Assembly: GCA_035297365.1 (NCBI GenBank)
Contig: DATGZA010000040.1
Location: forward strand, 1-11,522
Direction: 5' to 3'
From: Nitrososphaeraceae archaeon
GTDB lineage: Archaea > Thermoproteota > Nitrososphaeria > Nitrososphaerales > Nitrososphaeraceae
DNA: 11,522 nt
The notes beneath the pieces are model-generated. The model saw only the letters and a program-made list of their open reading frames with translations. It had not been told where the DNA came from and made no database searches. The position numbers were made by a program, and so were the translations under genes. This document shows positions 8,015-11,522 of this stretch, piece by piece. The first letter of the stretch is position 1, and every line of letters starts with the position of its first letter.

Positions 8015-8051
8015 CAAATACTTTATTTAGATTGTAATTATATATTTTATA

Positions 8052-8438
8052 ATGACAGATAAAAAAGTCGTTTTACCTTTCGAAATAGAAAAATCTGAAA
8101 AGACAGATGAAAATAAAATTAAGGCAGGTTTAAAAAAGATAGAAATTTTTGCTAGTCCAGAACAAGTTGATGAAATAATCTCAGGAATAGAGAGTTTAAA
8201 GTTAGAGGCCACATTATATGACTCGCGGGGTTATGGACAGTCCAAGCAAAAAATAAGGTCAGGAAAAGCAGGAGGACAAACTGCTACTATATCCTCAAAT
8301 CGTAAGACTATAGTAACTATAGCACAGTCAGATATTCTAGAGGAGTTAGTACAAAAACTTAAACATATAAATGACAAGAGTGAAAAAAAGATTGGTGTAA
8401 TCTCCATCCAACCAGTTGATACTTTACTTCACCTATAA
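8052..8438 (+). CDS. Divergent P-II (GlnB/GlnK-like) family protein with N-terminal extension
   Basis: LKKIEIFASPEQVDEI resembles the P-II N-terminus (MKKIEAIIRPxKLxxV). SRGYGQSK resembles the T-loop base (xKGxGRQK). IGVISIQPVDTLLHL resembles GKIFVxPVxxxIRI. Confidence 0.8.
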   Translation: MTDKKVVLPFEIEKSEKTDENKIKAGLKKIEIFASPEQVDEIISGIESLKLEATLYDSRGYGQSKQKIRSGKAGGQTATISSNRKTIVTIAQSDILEELVQKLKHINDKSEKKIGVISIQPVDTLLHL

Positions 8439-8599
8439 TAAAACATATTACATATCTTTTAATCAATTATCTTTTTTTGCTAACATTTTTTTGCTCCTTT
8501 TGGTAAACCAATAGTGTACATTAAAAGTTTGATATCAAATTGTGAGCAAGAGATCATTTTTTCTTATGTTATTATTGTTTATTTTGTTAGGATATGTAT

Positions 8600-9380
8600 C
8601 TCATGTTCTTATCATGGTAAATTTGGAACCGTTTTGGTTTATGTTCTATTTTAGCAGTCCTTTGGTTGTTTCGTAATGATAGATTATAGTGTAACCAGTA
8701 TTGTTGGTATTAGTCGATTTGGTTTAAGGTCTCGACGTATTTTTTTCGGTAAATGCACCGGATCTAATTTTCATTTCTTCTTTTATTGTAGCTGGTAAAA
8801 ATTCTGCAATAAAAAGATAATCAAAGGTTTTTCCTTGAATAATTTCAATGATTATTTGCCCTGAGACTGACTTCAACGGATACGCCGGCTTCATCTTGAA
8901 CTACCAACTAAACATTATTATGTAATCTTATGTATGTAACCCATCTCTTGTATGAATTGTTCAAAATAGACTGCTCATCCTCTGAAGTTCAGACTTCATG
9001 ATTTCCTATCCAGTATGTAAAGAGTTGATCTAGTGAATTATACCCTCTTAATTGCTCGAGTAACCAAATATTAGAGACCATTTGGTGTACGAACTTGAAT
9101 AAGATCTTTTATTACGTATAGAGCATTGGGTCAACATAACGTTTCTCTGGATGACCTTCGCAAGCAACAGGATTGGAACTATGGGTTAACTGTTCCTCGT
9201 AAACCTTGTTCTACACTATTTTCCTGGGACCATCTTACTGGTTTACATCTCTTTTGTTTTTGCTTTACTAATGATATTTTTATTATCCGTCTTGGTTGCT
9301 TGATCGTCTCAACTGTTGTTGTTATTATACTTTGAATTATTTATTACGTTGTAATTAGTTGTAGATACGATCCTTCATTA
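8600..9380 (-). pseudogene. Heavily decayed gene of unknown family; boundaries approximate
   Basis: About 0.8 kb with no long ORF but protein-like minus-strand fragments broken by stops and frameshifts: EGHPEKRYVDPMLY, YVIKDLIQVRTPNGL*YLVTRAIK (from 9118), GYNSLDQLFTYWIGNHEV, and GQIIIEIIQGKTFDYLFIAEFLPATIKEEMKIRSG (8861-8724). Confidence 0.45.
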
Positions 9381-9493
9381 TTAGTAGAAAGAATATGTAG
9401 AAACAGAAAGAGAGACAATAGTATATGATTCAACAATAATCTAATTTTTTTAATATTTTATTAGAATATTTCAAATACAAGAAACTTGATTTA

Positions 9494-9841
9494 TTGATTA
9501 TTATGACTAAATTTGGTCTTTATACGAAATCACCTAAAATCCCATTTGAAACACACTTATATGGATTGGATGAACCGATTAAAAAACAATTAATTGATCT
9601 GAGAGAATTCGTAAAAGATCTGGGGAGGAATGTTATTGAAGAAATTCGACCTCACAGAATAGCATATTCTAAGACAATAACATTTCGTGTATTTTTAGAC
9701 ATAAAACCAACTAAAGAAGAATTGATAGTTTCGATAAGAATTGATAGAAAAAACCCCTATATTATATATAAGGTAAATCATAGCTTGGATTTGACAGATA
9801 TTAAAAAAGAGATAGAAAGTGCGTATAATAATATATCATGA
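9494..9841 (+). CDS. DUF5655-like domain protein; probable start ATG 9503
   Basis: 'FETHL...LIDLREFVKDLGRNVIEEIRPHRIAY...FLDI...DIKKEIESAYN' fits the DUF5655 pattern as I recall it. Confidence 0.7.
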   Translation: MIIMTKFGLYTKSPKIPFETHLYGLDEPIKKQLIDLREFVKDLGRNVIEEIRPHRIAYSKTITFRVFLDIKPTKEELIVSIRIDRKNPYIIYKVNHSLDLTDIKKEIESAYNNIS

Positions 9842-9863
9842 TATCTTTAAATTCAGAAATTAT

Positions 9864-10217
9864 TTAACCGTCTATCTTAAAACCTTGAAATTCACCGCTA
9901 TAAGTTTCATAGTTTATATCAATTTTATCGACTCTACCATTCTTAGGTCCCATATGACACCATTCTATCACTTTTTCAACATTTGACGGTAATCCTTCCA
10001 AAATACATTCGACATCTCCATTTTTAAGATTTCGAACCCAACCACTAACCGTATTTTTTATAGATATTTCTTGAGTATATTTTCGAAAATAGACTCCTTG
10101 AACTTTACCAGAGATTATTAGATGAGCTCTTATATTACTCAAGTAATTATTATTAACCGTCACATTCTCATCCTTAGAAAGCGTATCTTGTGGATTATTA
10201 TTACTCAATATAATCAT
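9864..10217 (-). CDS. acyP: Acylphosphatase
   Basis: ISGKVQGVYFR phosphate-binding loop and GWVRNLKNGDVE (catalytic Arg/Asn), plus WCHMGP. Confidence 0.95.
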   Translation of the reverse strand: MIILSNNNPQDTLSKDENVTVNNNYLSNIRAHLIISGKVQGVYFRKYTQEISIKNTVSGWVRNLKNGDVECILEGLPSNVEKVIEWCHMGPKNGRVDKIDINYETYSGEFQGFKIDG

Positions 10218-10277
10218 ACGAGAAACGAGATTATCAAATATAAATTATGAGAAAGATTATAAAAGAAATTCTCCTTC

Positions 10278-10538
10278 CTAGTTAAAGATCTTTAATGATG
10301 TACCATTTCCAAGTTTGAAGTTGCTTTCACTAGTTTTCGTAACTATGGCTAAAATGGTATAGAGAATACTAAGAAAACCGAACATTGTAAAAAGAGACAT
10401 AATTTCCAACTTTATGATTATTAAGATTTGAAAATCATGATTAAGCAAAAAAATAATAGGTATCGCATAGTCTATCAACAAGGTGAAAATTCATAGGAGA
10501 GACATGAAAAAAGTTAAATTGCATTGTTCTGGTTTCAT
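10278..10538 (-). pseudogene. Small hydrophobic membrane-protein ORF with an in-frame stop
   Basis: ATG 10538 reads MKPEQCNLTFFMSLL*IFTLLIDYAIPIIFLL... One TGA (10493-10491) separates it from the in-frame TTG-started ORF 10278-10481. Confidence 0.35.
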
Positions 10539-10894
10539 TAGACTCTTAATTTAAGATAAATTACATCTTCTTTCAATTTTATAATAAAATAATGCTCTAT
10601 TCTGCAACTCGTTTATACAATCTTTTTTATACATCTAATTAGCAACTATGTGACAATTTTACTTCTAAACCAGTTATACAATGATACTTAGCATCGTATC
10701 TTTTACAATGTTCTCAAATATAATAGCTGAAAAATATTCTCCAAACATATAATTTTAGTAAAAGTAATAAAATAATATTGTTAACTTCAATATTGATTAT
10801 AGCTAAAAATAAAATTGAGATCTTTAAGCAGAATAAGAAAATAGTTTTTATCGATTATTTCATAAAAAAAATAAAATAGTTATGATTGCCTATT

Positions 10895-11522
10895 CTAACG
10901 ATAATAGGGAACAGTTACTTTTTGATTAGGTGTTGTTTCACGTTGTTTCTTTATTTTCTTAACTGCATTCTCATAATCTTTCATAGAAACGAAAGCTTCA
11001 GATGCATGTTTAGCTGCTTCGTCAGGAGAAGAATATTTTTGCAGATAATTCTGCAGAACGAAGGAAACCGCAACGTTAACTAATGAACTGACTTCAGCTC
11101 CAGTAAAACCTTCTGTAAGTTCTGTTATTTTTTCTAGATCGACGTCATTTGAATTAGGTTTATTATTAGAATTCATTTTTAAAATCATATATCTTGTTTT
11201 CTTGTCTGGGAGTGGCACATAGACTATCTTGTCAAATCTACCTGGTCTTAGTAATGCAGGGTCAATCATATCAGCGCGGTTTGTGGCAGCAAGAACCACT
11301 ACACCAGAAAGAGCTTGAATACCATCCATTTCTGTTAGTAATTGGGAAACAACCCGTTCTGCTACCATACTATCATTTTCAATCCCTCTGATAGGAGCTA
11401 TAGAATCTATTTCATCAAAAAATATAACACATGGTGAGGCCTGTCGTGCGCGTCTAAAGATTTCACGAATGCCTTTTTCAGATTCACCGACCCATTTTGA
11501 TAGCAGTTCAGGTCCTTTAACA
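10895..11522 (-). CDS. cdc48: CDC48/VCP (VAT) family AAA+ ATPase, D2 domain and C-terminus (partial, runs off the window end)
   Basis: Frame is open to the window edge: [40 protein letters not shown] (pore loop, Walker B), [19 protein letters not shown] (SRH), and C-terminal ..VPYYR. Confidence 0.96.
   Translation of the reverse strand, partial: VKGPELLSKWVGESEKGIREIFRRARQASPCVIFFDEIDSIAPIRGIENDSMVAERVVSQLLTEMDGIQALSGVVVLAATNRADMIDPALLRPGRFDKIVYVPLPDKKTRYMILKMNSNNKPNSNDVDLEKITELTEGFTGAEVSSLVNVAVSFVLQNYLQKYSSPDEAAKHASEAFVSMKDYENAVKKIKKQRETTPNQKVTVPYYR

Noticed and set aside
8027-8212. 61-aa minus-strand ORF
   Set aside because: Antisense shadow of the P-II-like gene.
9126-9335. 69-aa plus-strand ORF
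   Set aside because: TTG start and no motif. The purine-rich, protein-like reading is on the minus strand, so it is likely a shadow of the decayed gene.
9230-9380. Run of in-frame TAA/TAG codons among Gln codons on the minus strand, suggesting stop-codon recoding
   Set aside because: An adjacent frame reads more naturally as Asn-rich sequence, and intact genes in the window use TAA and TAG as stops.
10491-10493. In-frame TGA as possible selenocysteine
   Set aside because: Hydrophobic, non-redox context with no SECIS seen. A nonsense mutation or chance is more likely.
10886-11391. Two 65-aa plus-strand ORFs (10886-11083 and 11194-11391)
   Set aside because: Antisense shadows of cdc48.

Overview
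AT-rich archaeal DNA from an ammonia-oxidising thaumarchaeon. The amoC C-terminus, low GC and low coding density suggest Nitrososphaeraceae, possibly a Nitrosocosmicus-like genome (inference). The window opens in the last 24 codons of amoC, which the ORF track missed. It then carries a hemerythrin-like (HHE) protein, YjbQ, DUF167, a CPBP/CAAX protease, a hypothetical protein, a Rieske ferredoxin, a stand-alone Lrp/AsnC ligand-binding domain, a frameshifted thioredoxin-reductase-like gene with atypical NADPH motifs, a secreted type-1 cupredoxin, a divergent P-II-like protein, DUF5655, acylphosphatase and the 3' end of cdc48. Several apparent intergenic stretches are decayed genes. The clearest is a full-length pseudogene copy of the P-II-like gene (4273-4704, minus strand), broken by frameshifts and two tandem micro-duplications. 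The best leads are the amoC-hemerythrin adjacency, the non-canonical P-II family and a TrxR-like enzyme that may not use NADPH. I saw no rRNA, tRNA, CRISPR array or recognisable transposase.
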